Assembly: GCF_001194135.2 (NCBI RefSeq)
Contig: NC_069010.1
Location: 942,264-981,774 of the forward strand
Direction of reading: 5' to 3'
Source of the DNA: Octopus bimaculoides
Taxonomy: Eukaryota
Length of the DNA stretch: 39,511 nt
Numbering within the stretch: the stretch's first letter is position 1; each line of letters starts with the position of its first letter. Position numbers and translations under genes: made by a program. Below, piece by piece: positions 10,050 to 21,963 of this stretch. The notes beneath the pieces were generated by a model, which was given only the letters and a program-made list of their open reading frames with translations, searched no databases and was not told the DNA's origin.

Positions 10050-13000
10050 TCTAACAACATAAGTCTATTCTCCAGAACAGTCAGTGACGAGGCAAAGTTA
10101 AGAAATGTAAATAGTCTGAGACAATTTCTTCAGCCAATGAACCGATCTGCTAGAGCGTGTCCGGCAAAGTGAAGAATGCGTTTGTGTAGTTGGTGTTTTG
10201 ATGAGTGGAGGTGGTGCTTGTGGGGGTGGGGGTGACAGTGTTTGTGGAATAATGGGTGTGTCAGCAAGTGGCTAAATGTTTCGGAAAAGGCTTTTTATTT
10301 ACTCTGTCAATAGAGACAGTCTCTTTTTTCCGTGAATGTCCACAGTGAGCAGTTGTGGTATGCTTCAAAGAACGCGATAGGGTCCAGTGTAGGGAGGTGT
10401 GAGCGGTCCCTTGACGGCATCATTACTTACAAACACGTGAGTCCAAGTAGAAATATCTGGAGGTACTGCAGAAGAAATAGACTGGTCATGGGGAAGCATC
10501 GGTGGCCGGTCAGCAAAGAATGACCTGAGTCGCGTGACATAAGATGTAGGGTCCGTATTTGGTAAGTCGACGGGCACCAACGTTTATCAAGGAAGTGCTA
10601 AGGTGGTGCCATACAGGAGCTCAGCGGAGGAGTAGCCTAAATCCTCCTTGACAACTGAGCGGCACCCTAGCAGAACAATGGGGAGAAACTTAGACCAATC
10701 ATGAGGGTCAGGAGCCGTGAGAATAGCGGCTTTGAGCTGTCGATGGAATCTTTCCACCATTCCATTCGCGGCGGGATGGTAACTTGTAGTGTGGATGTGC
10801 TGAACTCTGAGCAATCTCGAAAGCACACAGAACAGGCAAGCTTCAAATTGGCGTCCACGATCAGTAGTAATTTTAGAGGGTGCTCCGAAGTGAGATATCC
10901 ACCCGGAGATGAGTGCTCTGGCAATTGCTTCCGCGGAAATGTCCACGAAAGGGATGGCTTCAGGCCACCTGGAGAAGCGGTCGATGCAAGTCAATATATA
11001 AGTAAATCCACAACTGACCAGCCAAGGAAGGACCAACCAAGGAAGGACCAACCGAGTTGATGTGTATGGGATAGAACCTGGGGTCTGGTGGCTGGAGGTG
11101 TCCAAGAGGTCCTCTCACGTGACGATGCACCTTGGAACGCTGACATGTGACCAAGACAGGCATGTGACCAAGCGGTAATAGACCGATGCATATTCAGCCA
11201 GAAGAAGTGGGCCGAGATAAGCTTTACTGTAGCCACCGGGGTGTGGCAGTGAATATTGTGCTTCAAAAACAGCACGACGGTGATTTTCAGGAACGATGGG
11301 TCAGGGTAACCCGGTAGAAACATCGCAGAGAACTGTTCCTTCAGAAAAAGGCAGACGCAGGTGTTTGAACTTGCAGCAAGAAAACTGTGGTGAAGAAACG
11401 TCCAGAGAGTCCAAGGAGGGTTGGTCAATAGCTATAGCAACCAAATCAATCGAAGTAGGAGACGACAATGCACCGACAGGCAGGAGAGATAAGGCGTTGG
11501 CAGGGATGTTGTCAGTGCCAGTGATGTGGCGAATGTCACTAGCGAACTGTGATATGTAGCCCAAATGCCTTGTTTCTCTGGGCGAGTACCGGTCTGTTTT
11601 GGCAAAGAGAGCGAACGTTAATGGTTTGTGGTCGGCAAAAATCGTGAAATCTCTACCTTTGAGAAGATGAGAGAAATGCTTCACTGTCAGGTAAATTGCT
11701 AAGAGTTCTTTACCAAACACACTGTATCTCAATTCGGCATTTTTCATCTGGCAAGAGAAGGCTAATGGCTGGTTTCGGCTGTTTACTGCGGCAATAGCTG
11801 AGGATGACTCGTAAACAGCAAGTGATAATTTTGAATCCGCAATAGGATGAACAAGGAAGGATGATTGAGCAAGATCAGCTTTGACAGATTCAAAAGCTTG
11901 GGTGGCTGTAGCAGACAGCATTATCTGGGAGTCTTTTTTTTTCCGTTGATCTTTCAAGAGCTGGGTCAAGAGAAGCAACTTCTCTGCACAGTTAGGAATC
12001 AAACGACGATAATAATTAATTAAACTAATAAAATATCTCTGAGCTGTTTTAAGAAAACAGGAAGAGAGAAGCATTTGATGGCTTCCACTTTAGAGGGAAG
12101 CGGACGAATATCGTTGGCGTCAATGAGATGCCCCAAGAATTTCAAACTGGTAGAACTGAAGACACACTTAGCCGGGTTGATCATCACATCATAGGAACGT
12201 AGGCGCTTGAACAGCTGGGTTAAGTGTTGGAGGTGCTGGTCTGGAGTACCACTGACAATTAGGTCATCAACGTATGCGAAGATAAAATCTAACCCACGAA
12301 CGACCTCATCAATGAACCCTTTGGAACGTGCTGGCTGCATTACGAAGTCCAAGAATAGACAAGAATTCAAAAGCTCCAAAAGGTACATACTAAGTCAATT
12401 TTAGAAAAAAATCATTCAGCCGTGCAGGGCAGAAGAAAAATCCTGCACATTTGGAAGGGGATAGTGATCTGCAGCAGTGACAGTGTTAAGATGTCTAAAA
12501 TCTCCAACCGGTTGGAAATCAGCATCACTTTTCCTGGCCAAGTGTAGGTGCTGCCCACGGGCTCGTGGAAGGACGAATAAGGCCTAGCTGGAGCATGTGC
12601 TCAAATTTAGCCCTGTCAATCCGGAGTTTCTGTAGAGACAAATGGCACGGTCGGGAAAAACGTGGAGGTCTCTTGGGAAATGTCTCGTGGAATGGGCTGG
12701 ATTTGACGGATGAGATGACAAATCAGTCAACTCTGGAAACGAAGCGAGTAACTGTTGATAGGATTCACTCGAAGCGGCCAGGAAGAAAGAAGGGCTCACA
12801 ACGGGGACAGAAGAATCCTTTCTGGAGACAGCGAGTGAAGTTGTGTCATCAATGAGTCGGTGATCTCTAACGTCCACAATGAGAGAATAGTGGTGTAAGA
12901 AATCAGCACCAAGAATGGGACAGGGTAGATCCGTAATGACGAAGATCCACTTGAAATCCATACGGAATGATAAATGCAGGGTAAGAGAGATTTGTCTGTA

Positions 13001-14105
13001 GTTTTGATGGCGCAGTGATTCACCGCGTAGAGAGAGATGTCAGAAAGACCAGGATTGGTGGAGGTAAACCTTCGAGGTCAGATACATAAGCTGGCACCCG
13101 TATCCACTATAAAGAACTTTGAAGAATTGGCATAGCTGATAAAAAAAATGTACAGTAAGGTGAATCGATGAGAGACAACTAACTTGCCCAGCGCCTCCCT
13201 GGCTAGTTTCCTTGTGAAGAGTAAGAGAAGGGCTGTTTACACTTTTCGGCCTGACCCTTGAATTTCCTGTGGTACCAGCAGATCGATGGAGCAGGAAGTG
13301 TGCGTGCGCGCAAGAAGGAGCGGCGCCTGGTCCTCCCTGCAGAATGATCCCTTGAAAACGAACAGTTCCTGCACACGCGTGAAACCTGACGGGTCAGTTC
13401 TCCAATGGCCTGCAAGATTTCGGAAGATTGTGCATCATCCGAAGCAGAAATGGTAGAATCTTGAGCGGAAGACGAAGAAGCAACAAATTTATCGGCGGAT
13501 GATGGTGTGCCAGAAAATTCCATAATCCTGTCTGTGGAGGCGGCGAGTTGTTCAAGGGCCATATATTCCATCATAGGAGCTAAAATCGACTGGACATTAG
13601 AAGGCATCCTCCAGAAAAATAACTGTTTGACAAATGCCTGTCCCACATATGAGCTATCAGACAAACTCCCAGATTCGTCGCAAAAGCTGGGTGGGGGTTC
13701 GGCTCCCGAGATGCTCATCCTGCAAGACTGTACGAAATTTACTCACAACCGAAGGAGAGTTACACCGGAGAACCTCAGCTTTGAAGATTTCGTACGTCAC
13801 ATCCGATGACGTTCCTGTTATCATATCTCGAACTGAAAGTGCAAGGGGCGAAGGAATGCCTGGGCCGACTGAATATTAGAAGAAATGAAGAACGACTCCA
13901 GTTGTGAAAACCACATCTTAACATCTCCATGATATTGAGGCAAAGGAAAATGACTCGTCTTGGAGGATAATAGGAAAACAGAACGCCACGAAGAATAAGC
14001 TGGTTGAAAGAAACGCTGTTAGAAATCGCAGTCAAACGCCCTAGTTGAAAGAAGACACGACGAGCAGCGAACTCAGCAAATATTTTTTTCAGTAGCTGAG
14101 GATAA
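10050..14105 (-). mobile_element. Gypsy LTR retrotransposon, CsRn1/Kabuki-like, internal region gag-pro-RT-RNaseH-IN, decayed
   Basis: Gag: FPLPQYHGDVKMWFSQLESFF, LGSRTPTQLLRR, CWYHRKFKGQAEKCKQPF. Protease FIVDTGAS. RT FAYVDDLIV. RNase H KELLAIY..DHKPL. Integrase CIDRFSRWPEAIP..GRQFE..YHPAANGMVERFHRQLK with tail TRSSRSVHWLKKL. LTRs not seen; the 5' end runs into an N gap. Confidence 0.93.
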
Positions 14106-15047
14106 NNNNNNNNNNNNNNNNNNNNNNNNNNNNNNNNNNNNNNNNNNNNNNNNNNNNNNNNNNNNNNNNNNNNNNNNNNNNNNNNNNNNNNNNNNNNNNN
14201 NNNNNNNNNNNNNNNNNNNNNNNNNNNNNNNNNNNNNNNNNNNNNNNNNNNNNNNNNNNNNNNNNNNNNNNNNNNNNNNNNNNNNNNNNNNNNNNNNNNN
14301 NNNNNNNNNNNNNNNNNNNNNNNNNNNNNNNNNNNNNNNNNNNNNNNNNNNNNNNNNNNNNNNNNNNNNNNNNNNNNNNNNNNNNNNNNNNNNNNNNNNN
14401 NNNNNNNNNNNNNNNNNNNNNNNNNNNNNNNNNNNNNNNNNNNNNNNNNNNNNNNNNNNNNNNNNNNNNNNNNNNNNNNNNNNNNNNNNNNNNNNNNNNN
14501 NNNNNNNNNNNNNNNNNNNNNNNNNNNNNNNNNNNNNNNNNNNNNNNNNNNNNNNNNNNNNNNNNNNNNNNNNNNNNNNNNNNNNNNNNNNNNNNNNNNN
14601 NNNNNNNNNNNNNNNNNNNNNNNNNNNNNNNNNNNNNNNNNNNNNNNNNNNNNNNNNNNNNNNNNNNNNNNNNNNNNNNNNNNNNNNNNNNNNNNNNNNN
14701 NNNNNNNNNNNNNNNNNNNNNNNNNNNNNNNNNNNNNNNNNNNNNNNNNNNNNNNNNNNNNNNNNNNNNNNNNNNNNNNNNNNNNNNNNNNNNNNNNNNN
14801 NNNNNNNNNNNNNNNNNNNNNNNNNNNNNNNNNNNNNNNNNNNNNNNNNNNNNNNNNNNNNNNNNNNNNNNNNNNNNNNNNNNNNNNAGTCGTAAGGCCT
14901 CGTGCCAGAATCTCAAACTCTAACACCATCTAGCGAGCTTGTTTTAAACCCGCTGTCAAAGGAGGTAACTGCGCCAACGAGATTTTTAATTTTTAGAGAT
15001 GTTGGTTTGTATATCCGACTAGAGAAGACTGTAGTGTTTTTCCAATA

Positions 15048-15527
15048 CTCAGGAGGAGAGGAAAGAAAAAAAAGGAGAGTAAAAGCTTCACAGAAAGTTG
15101 TAGATATTAGAGTTTTAAAATTTACTAAAGATGATCTTTTGTTTGTCCGAACAGAGAAAACTGTAGTGTTCTTAGAATAAAAAGGATGTTTACATTTTTT
15201 GAATACTCAGGGTGAAAGGATAGGTATTCACAGAACCTGTAGATATTAAAGTTTTTAAAGCTGATCGTTTGCGTGTTCGAAAACTGTAGATATGTAAATT
15301 TCTTAACTTATTTTGAGGGAAATTTAAAATACTCACAGGAAAATGGAAGGTATTCCAGTCTTTGAGAGTTATTCTTCACTTGTCCTGCGGGGTTGTATTA
15401 GTGTTTCTGTGTTTATTATCATTATTAGGTCTTTTTTCTGCTTCATGCTTGATCACAGTTATTTCAATACCTGTGAGTTTTTTTATTTCTGATGATATCC
15501 CTCCTAACATTTGCTAACTTGTTTTCC
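15048..15527. repeat. Dispersed direct repeat, copy A (partner at 17597-18062), with ~110-bp internal subrepeats
   Basis: Shared blocks such as gatgatcttttgtttgtccga and ttcttcacttgtcctgcggggttg...ctaacttgtttt; the last ~155 bp are almost identical between copies. Confidence 0.85.
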
Positions 15528-15840
15528 TCCAAATATAGTCTTCTGTCTTGATTTTGTGTTCTCCATATTTGATAAGAGTGTGCCGTGTGTTTCCCTTCAG
15601 ATGGTCCGCCTAATTCATAGTAAAAGGTGCATATTATTTCTGTATACTCTTCTCGGGTCCATTTGATCCTCTTACATTTTTCTTTCTGTGATAGTGGTGG
15701 ACTTTCAGGGCTTGAGTTGGGGTAGTTCCCGTTCAAGTGACCATCCAGGTTCATATTCAGAGAAGAGTTTGTGCCAGTGGATGACTTTTCGATCCCCGGC
15801 TGGCTCTCCCGTGGGGGTCGTGCTTCCAGATTAACCATAG
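15340..15840 (-). mobile_element. N-terminal ORF fragment of an R4/Dong-like retrotransposon
   Basis: RIKWTREEYTEIICTFYY..YQIWRTQNQDRRLYLEENKLANVRRDIIRNKK resembles the N-terminal region of R4/Dong-type RLE ORFs (from memory). Confidence 0.6.
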
Positions 15841-17383
15841 GACAAGTGATTAGGTGTACTGTTGTAGTTTCCCCTTTTTGTTTCGGTAGACATATTTGTG
15901 TTACATTAAAATTATTAGTATTGAACCCTGCATTGTGGAAGAGACGGTTGTTGTCTCTACCACTATTGTCGACTGCAACATTAATACTGTTACAGTTATT
16001 CTAAGCTTGCTATTACAGCATTGCTCATCGTTAGTTGCCACCAATAGTGCCTTGATATGTATAACTGTGGCTAACCTTTGTAGCCATGGCAACAGTATAA
16101 CCGTCATTTATTTAAATCTGCCACTACTGTGTGGTATTATTAAATGTTGCCGAGTTTCAACTTTTGTTTTGTACTTGAGATAATCATAAATATGTGAGGG
16201 TTGGGTGGAGTAGTAGGAGGAGAAGCAGCAGCTTGGTGAATAGACCAAATTCCACAGGTCTGTAAATAAGTTCGGCAGATGGTGTGAAGGAGATTAGTAA
16301 TGGCTCTTCGCATTCCCGTGTGATAAGGAGACTGGAGGGAGCTTGCTGCAAAATTTGACCCTGTCTGTTACGATTAGCTACAACTGTCGAAGTGTTGTAC
16401 CACACATGACAAATTAATTGTAGAAGTGGAAAAGAACCTGTGAACAAGCTCCTAGGAGCTTCAATACGGAAACCATCCAGTTTCAGTAAAAGAAGCCTCA
16501 CATCCTTGGGGTCATCAAAGGTCAAATGTGTTTACTACTACTAGCAATCAAAGAGAGTGCTGAGCTTGGTCTTGTTCCATTTTTAATTACTGATAGAAAA
16601 ATAATATATATNNNNNNNNNNNNNNNNNNNNNNNNNNNNNNNNNNNNNNNNNNNNNNNNNNNNNNNNNNNNNNNNNNNNNNNNNNNNNNNNNNNNNNNNN
16701 NNNNNNNNNNNNNNNNNNNNNNNNNNNNNNNNNNNNNNNNNNNNNNNNNNNNNNNNNNNNNNNNNNNNNNNNNNNNNNNNNNNNNNNNNNNNNNNNNNNN
16801 NNNNNNNNNNNNNNNNNNNNNNNNNNNNNNNNNNNNNNNNNNNNNNNNNNNNNNNNNNNNNNNNNNNNNNNNNNNNNNNNNNNNNNNNNNNNNNNNNNNN
16901 NNNNNNNNNNNNNNNNNNNNNNNNNNNNNNNNNNNNNNNNNNNNNNNNNNNNNNNNNNNNNNNNNNNNNNNNNNNNNNNNNNNNNNNNNNNNNNNNNNNN
17001 NNNNNNNNNNNNNNNNNNNNNNNNNNNNNNNNNNNNNNNNNNNNNNNNNNNNNNNNNNNNNNNNNNNNNNNNNNNNNNNNNNNNNNNNNNNNNNNNNNNN
17101 NNNNNNNNNNNNNNNNNNNNNNNNNNNNNNTGTAATCTTTTTATTATATTTATCTTATGATATTTACTTAACATTATATTATACTCATTTATTGTGCTTT
17201 TAATTATTAATTTTTCTATATGTGATAGTGGATTTTCATCGATGAGTTCTTGAAAATTGGTTATTTTCCCTAAAACTATATACTTTATATATACTTTATC
17301 TATAAGGCTCAATTTAATTTTAATTTTTTATAAATTGATTTTAATTGAGTTTTTTACCTGTAATTTTGGATTTTGTCCCTAAT

Positions 17384-17415
<32 letters not shown>

Positions 17416-17596
17416 TATATACACTGATGCTCACATCGTTGAGTTTTTGAATTTTTTGATTTTCTTTTCATAAGTTTCGTTGTGGTTTGCAGTTTTTGTA
17501 ATTGTGCGATTTGTATATATTAGCAGGTGCTTACCTCCTTGATTTTTTTTATCGTGTATTTAATTATGTTGCTGCAGTAAAAGGTATATTTACATA

Positions 17597-18062
17597 GTCG
17601 AGTAGTCAGGGAGAAAAGAAAGGTGAAATTTCCACAGAAAATTGTAGATATTGAATTCTTTAAAGATGATCTTTTGTTTGTCCGATCAGCGAAGACTGCA
17701 ATGTTTTTACAATAAAAAGAATGTTTACATTTTCGAATACTCAGGGAGAAAGGAGAGGATAGGTATTCACAGATGTTGTAGATATTAAAGTTTTTAGAGA
17801 TGTTCGTTTGTGTGTTCGAAAAGTGTAGATACGTAGATTTCTAAACTTATTTTGAGGGAAATTCAAAATACTCACAGGAAATTGTAGATATTCCAGTCTT
17901 TGAGAGCTATTCTTCACTTGTCCTGCGGGGTTGTATTAGTGTTTCTGTGTTTATTATCATTATTAGGTCTTTTTTCTGCTTCATGCTTGATCACAGTTAT
18001 TTCAATACCTGTGAGTTTTTTATTTCTGATGATATCCCTCCTAACATTTGCTAACTTGTTTT
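17597..18062. repeat. Dispersed direct repeat, copy B
   Basis: See copy A. Confidence 0.85.
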
Positions 18063-18183
18063 TCAGTTGTCCAACTGGGTTGTAGTAGTGGTTCTGTCTT
18101 CAGCTGCTGACTGGTCAGAGCAGCAAAGAACACCGCTGAAGAACACAGAGCAGTGAAGACAGCCGCTGTCAATGCTGGCGCAC

Positions 18184-18345
18184 TTTATTATTCTGAAATA
18201 CTCTCGGACAGTTAATTACCAGTTATTCTTTACTTGAAAGTAGGCAATAACAAATCACCAATGGTTTTAAGTAGTGCCTTCTGTGACTCAAAGAGACAAT
18301 ACTCCCCTTAGAATGCGAGCTGTACCCAACAATGCTCTATTCTTC
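18184..18345 (-). mobile_element. Short 3' end of an R4/Dong-like element abutting a (TAA)n tract
   Basis: Minus strand RALLGTARILRGVLSL*, the RLE C-terminal motif; directly adjacent to (ATT)n at 18348-18423. Confidence 0.65.

Positions 18346-18347
<2 letters not shown>

Positions 18348-18423
<76 letters not shown>
18348..18423. repeat. (ATT)n microsatellite
   Basis: Direct reading, about 25 units. Confidence 0.98.
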
Positions 18424-18424
<1 letters not shown>

Positions 18425-19224
18425 GGTACAGGAAAACTCTTTTGTATGGCAACAAGTAGAGAGATACTGCTGTGAAGGATGACCCATCCTTAGCTATATG
18501 GATAAATGGAAGCAATCACTAAAGTCGCTACAGCTTAATTTGACATCTTGTGAAAGTCATTGCTGAGATCAATCTGAATGGTATAAAATGTGAACGATAC
18601 ATAAAAGCAAATTGAGTTGAAGAAACAGAAATATAAAAGGATTATATCCTGTAATCAACAGATACATTTGCTCAATCCCAGGCAGAACCAAAATCATCAG
18701 TATCTCCATTGTGACTTCAAAGCAAAATCCATATCAGGACTCAATTTACATTCACACATCCATCGCAAATAGTTACATCTTCCATTATTTTTAAAGATGT
18801 TTTATTTTTCCTTTTTCCCTCTCTTTTTTTAAAAACAATCCTCTCCTTCAAATACTCATATTATTCGAAATCAACTGGAGTGGCCATCGGTAGTAGGTTC
18901 ACTCAATTCCTTCTTCCTTAGTTGATGATTATCCAATCAACTTTTTTCTTATTTTTGGTTAAAATCTCAAACCTGATATATTTTGTTATAGACTCCATCG
19001 GTCACAAATGGAGAATAAGAAAGTTCCTAGAAGAACACAGTAAGCTTAATTAGTATGAAGAATGTAGAATATTATGTGTTTGATCCAAAACATGAGAAAG
19101 AGAAAGATTGAGTGGTGGTGTTACTTTAGTTGGGGGTACAGGTTGAACACAACTTTCAGAGCATTGAACTTCGGAACTCATATAATCTGCACTAATTTAC
19201 ACAAATGTATTGGTGTCTGTATTT

Positions 19225-19426
19225 CTTCTGTCTTTTACTTGTTTCAATCATTTGACTGCGGCCATGCTGGAGTACCACCATGAAAGGTTTTAGTCAAACA
19301 AATCGACCCTAGGACTTATTATTTTTAAGCCCAGCGCTTATTCTATCGGACTCTTTTGCCAAACTGCTAAGTTAAAGAGGACATAAACACACAGACACTC
19401 AAGTGATGGGTGGGGAGACAAACACA

Positions 19427-19464
<38 letters not shown>

Positions 19465-19608
19465 TCCATCTACCAAATCCATTCACAAGGTTTTGGTTGG
19501 CCCAAAGCTATAGTAGAAGACACTTGCCCAAGTTGTCATGCACAGGGACTGAACCCAGAGCCAGGTGGTTGGAAAGCAAGCTTCGTACCACACAGCTACG
19601 CCTGCACC
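19225..19608 (-). mobile_element. tRNA-derived SINE, family B (abundant octopus-type SINE with internal (CA)n)
   Basis: Shares catttgactgcggccatgctggag, caaatcgacc, ctaccaaatcca and gctatagtagaagacacttgcccaag with the copies at 36310, 37868 and, inverted, 34935. Confidence 0.8.
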
Positions 19609-20314
19609 TTTTATTATAGTAATTTTAGTATTTGTGCAATTAAGAATGGGTTGACTAACATGACCATCCCTGGTTCCGAAAAAATCAGTAACCTGGAAAG
19701 ACTTTGGAAGTAAAGGTTGCAGAAAAGTGATGTTGTACCTATATTTAANNNNNNNNNNNNNNNNNNNNNNNNNNNNNNNNNNNNNNNNNNNNNNNNNNNN
19801 NNNNNNNNNNNNNNNNNNNNNNNNNNNNNNNNNNNNNNNNNNNNNNNNNNNNNNNNNNNNNNNNNNNNNNNNNNNNNNNNNNNNNNNNNNNNNNNNNNNN
19901 NNNNNNNNNNNNNNNNNNNNNNNNNNNNNNNNNNNNNNNNNNNNNNNNNNNNNNNNNNNNNNNNNNNNNNNNNNNNNNNNNNNNNNNNNNNNNNNNNNNN
20001 NNNNNNNNNNNNNNNNNNNNNNNNNNNNNNNNNNNNNNNNNNNNNNNNNNNNNNNNNNNNNNNNNNNNNNNNNNNNNNNNNNNNNNNNNNNNNNNNNNNN
20101 NNNNNNNNNNNNNNNNNNNNNNNNNNNNNNNNNNNNNNNNNNNNNNNNNNNNNNNNNNNNNNNNNNNNNNNNNNNNNNNNNNNNNNNNNNNNNNNNNNNN
20201 NNNNNNNNNNNNNNNNNNNNNNNNNNNNNNNNNNNNNNNNNNNNNNNNNNNNNNNNNNNNNNNNNNNNNNNNNNNNNNNNNNNNNNNNNNNNNNNNNNNN
20301 NNNNNNNNNNNNNC

Positions 20315-20410
20315 CATCTGGTTTCACCAGTCCTCAGTCAAATCGTCCAACCCATGCTAGTATGGAAAGCGGACGTTAAACGATGATGATGATGATGATG
20401 ATGATGATGA
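20315..20410 (+). mobile_element. RTE-derived 3' tail / short element ending in (GAT)n
   Basis: cagtcctcagtcaaatcgtccaacccatgctag...gacgttaaacgatgatgat, also seen at 37378-37590 and, as reverse complement, at 27790-27900. Confidence 0.8.
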
Positions 20411-20741
20411 ATTAAATGACCTAATTTTCTCTCCTCTTCATTAACTTAACTCTCTTACTACTACTCCCACCATCACCCCGCCCCCTTCATCATTTCTCTT
20501 CTTTGGTTTAACCTCATTTCCACAACCTTCTGTTCCTCCTTTGTTCATTATGCTAAACCTGCCGCTTTTCTAGTTTCTGCCATTCTTCTTATCTGTTTTC
20601 TTTAACTATGTATTTGAGGTCATTAAAGTATTTCATCTATAAATGTTGTCATGAATTAATTGAAATTAGATATTCACATGCCAATATTTATCTAGAAGAT
20701 GTTACCTAGAAAATGTCTAAGCAAATACATTGGTTGTTGTA

Positions 20742-21963
20742 TCAGGTTGCAATGAAATTTCTGTTTTTTTTTTCAAGGCTCAATTAAACAATAAGAAGAA
20801 ACAATATCTGATTTATCTAATCGTTAATATAATCAACATTTTTCTCCATGCCCCCTTCTCATTTGTCAATGAGCTTTTTAATATCACATTCAGAAAATTC
20901 CTTAGGCTTAGGAATGAAAGAAATGAACTCATTTCCAACTTCTGCTCTTGAAGTAAGTCTTAATCAACTCAAATGATTTTGTAAACTTCTAAAAGGATGG
21001 TAATCTCTTGGTGCGCAGTCCAGAGAATATAGAAAACGATGCATAATTTCCCAGGTATATTTTTCTAGATCTTTTGTCTTTTGTGCAGTGTGAGATTCGG
21101 CATTATCATGATGAAGGATGACTCCTTTTCTGTTTGTTAATGATGGACTTTTTTTTACTGCAAAGCTACTTTCAGACATGTTAGCTGTTGGCAGTATGAT
21201 TATGAATTATTTCACACATATCCCACCATACATTCAGAAGAATCTTCCTTCGTTGCAGGCCACTTCTGGGTTTCTGAACTAGCTATTTACCACAACTGAG
21301 ACATTAACATTTATGCTTAACATTATGGTAAAGTATCCCTTTTTCATCTCCAGTGAGGACTCTATTCAAAAAAGGCATTTGCAGCTCACGAGATCACAAT
21401 GATGCACAACAGTCAACATGTTGTTTACAATTGTTTGCTGAGAGATCATGTAAGATCCATTTTCCAACATTTGTCACTTTACCAAGCCTTTCCAATTCAT
21501 GATAAATGGTGGAGGTATGGCTCACGTTGAAGCCATGCTTAGTTCTCAAAACTGTAAAAGTTGGGTTTGCTGCAACAATGCATCAAGATCCAACCCTCTT
21601 GGGAACCCTTCTCTTAATTCATCTTGCAGGCTGCAGTCCCCATTTCTGAATACTGACAACCATCTTCTGAATGTTATTTCAGTCACTATGCCATTACCAT
21701 CAGTGTTTTGAAGGGATTTTGCTGCTACACTTAAATTATTTATTTTTTGAAATTCATTAAGAGTTACATGACAAATATGTTCTTTGCTTGGAGTGAACAT
21801 GGGGCCAGTACAACAACTTCAATTCTGTTATCAGATAAAAGACAATGAAAGAAAATGATATATTAATGATTTCATCACATTTCAAATAGAACCGAGAAAT
21901 TAAACACCTATAAATCTAAGACATTTACTTTAAAAAATGGACAGAACTTTCGTTACAACAATG
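20742..21963 (-). mobile_element. Mariner transposon, decayed (~1.2 kb)
   Basis: Minus strand MFTPSKEHICHVTLNEF..RRWLSVFRNGDCSLQDELREG and KGVILHHDNAESH..YSLDCAPRDYHPFRSLQNHL (D..D34D region). Imperfect TIRs tcaggttgcaatgaaatttctgt / acagaactttcgttacaac. Confidence 0.85.

Noticed and set aside
11016-11053. 15-bp tandem duplication in the Gypsy integrase (VGPSLVGPSL)
   Set aside because: Ordinary post-insertion slippage in a dead element.
18274-18515. Poly-Ile ORFs, and poly-Met, poly-HT and poly-CV ORFs elsewhere
   Set aside because: Translations of microsatellites.
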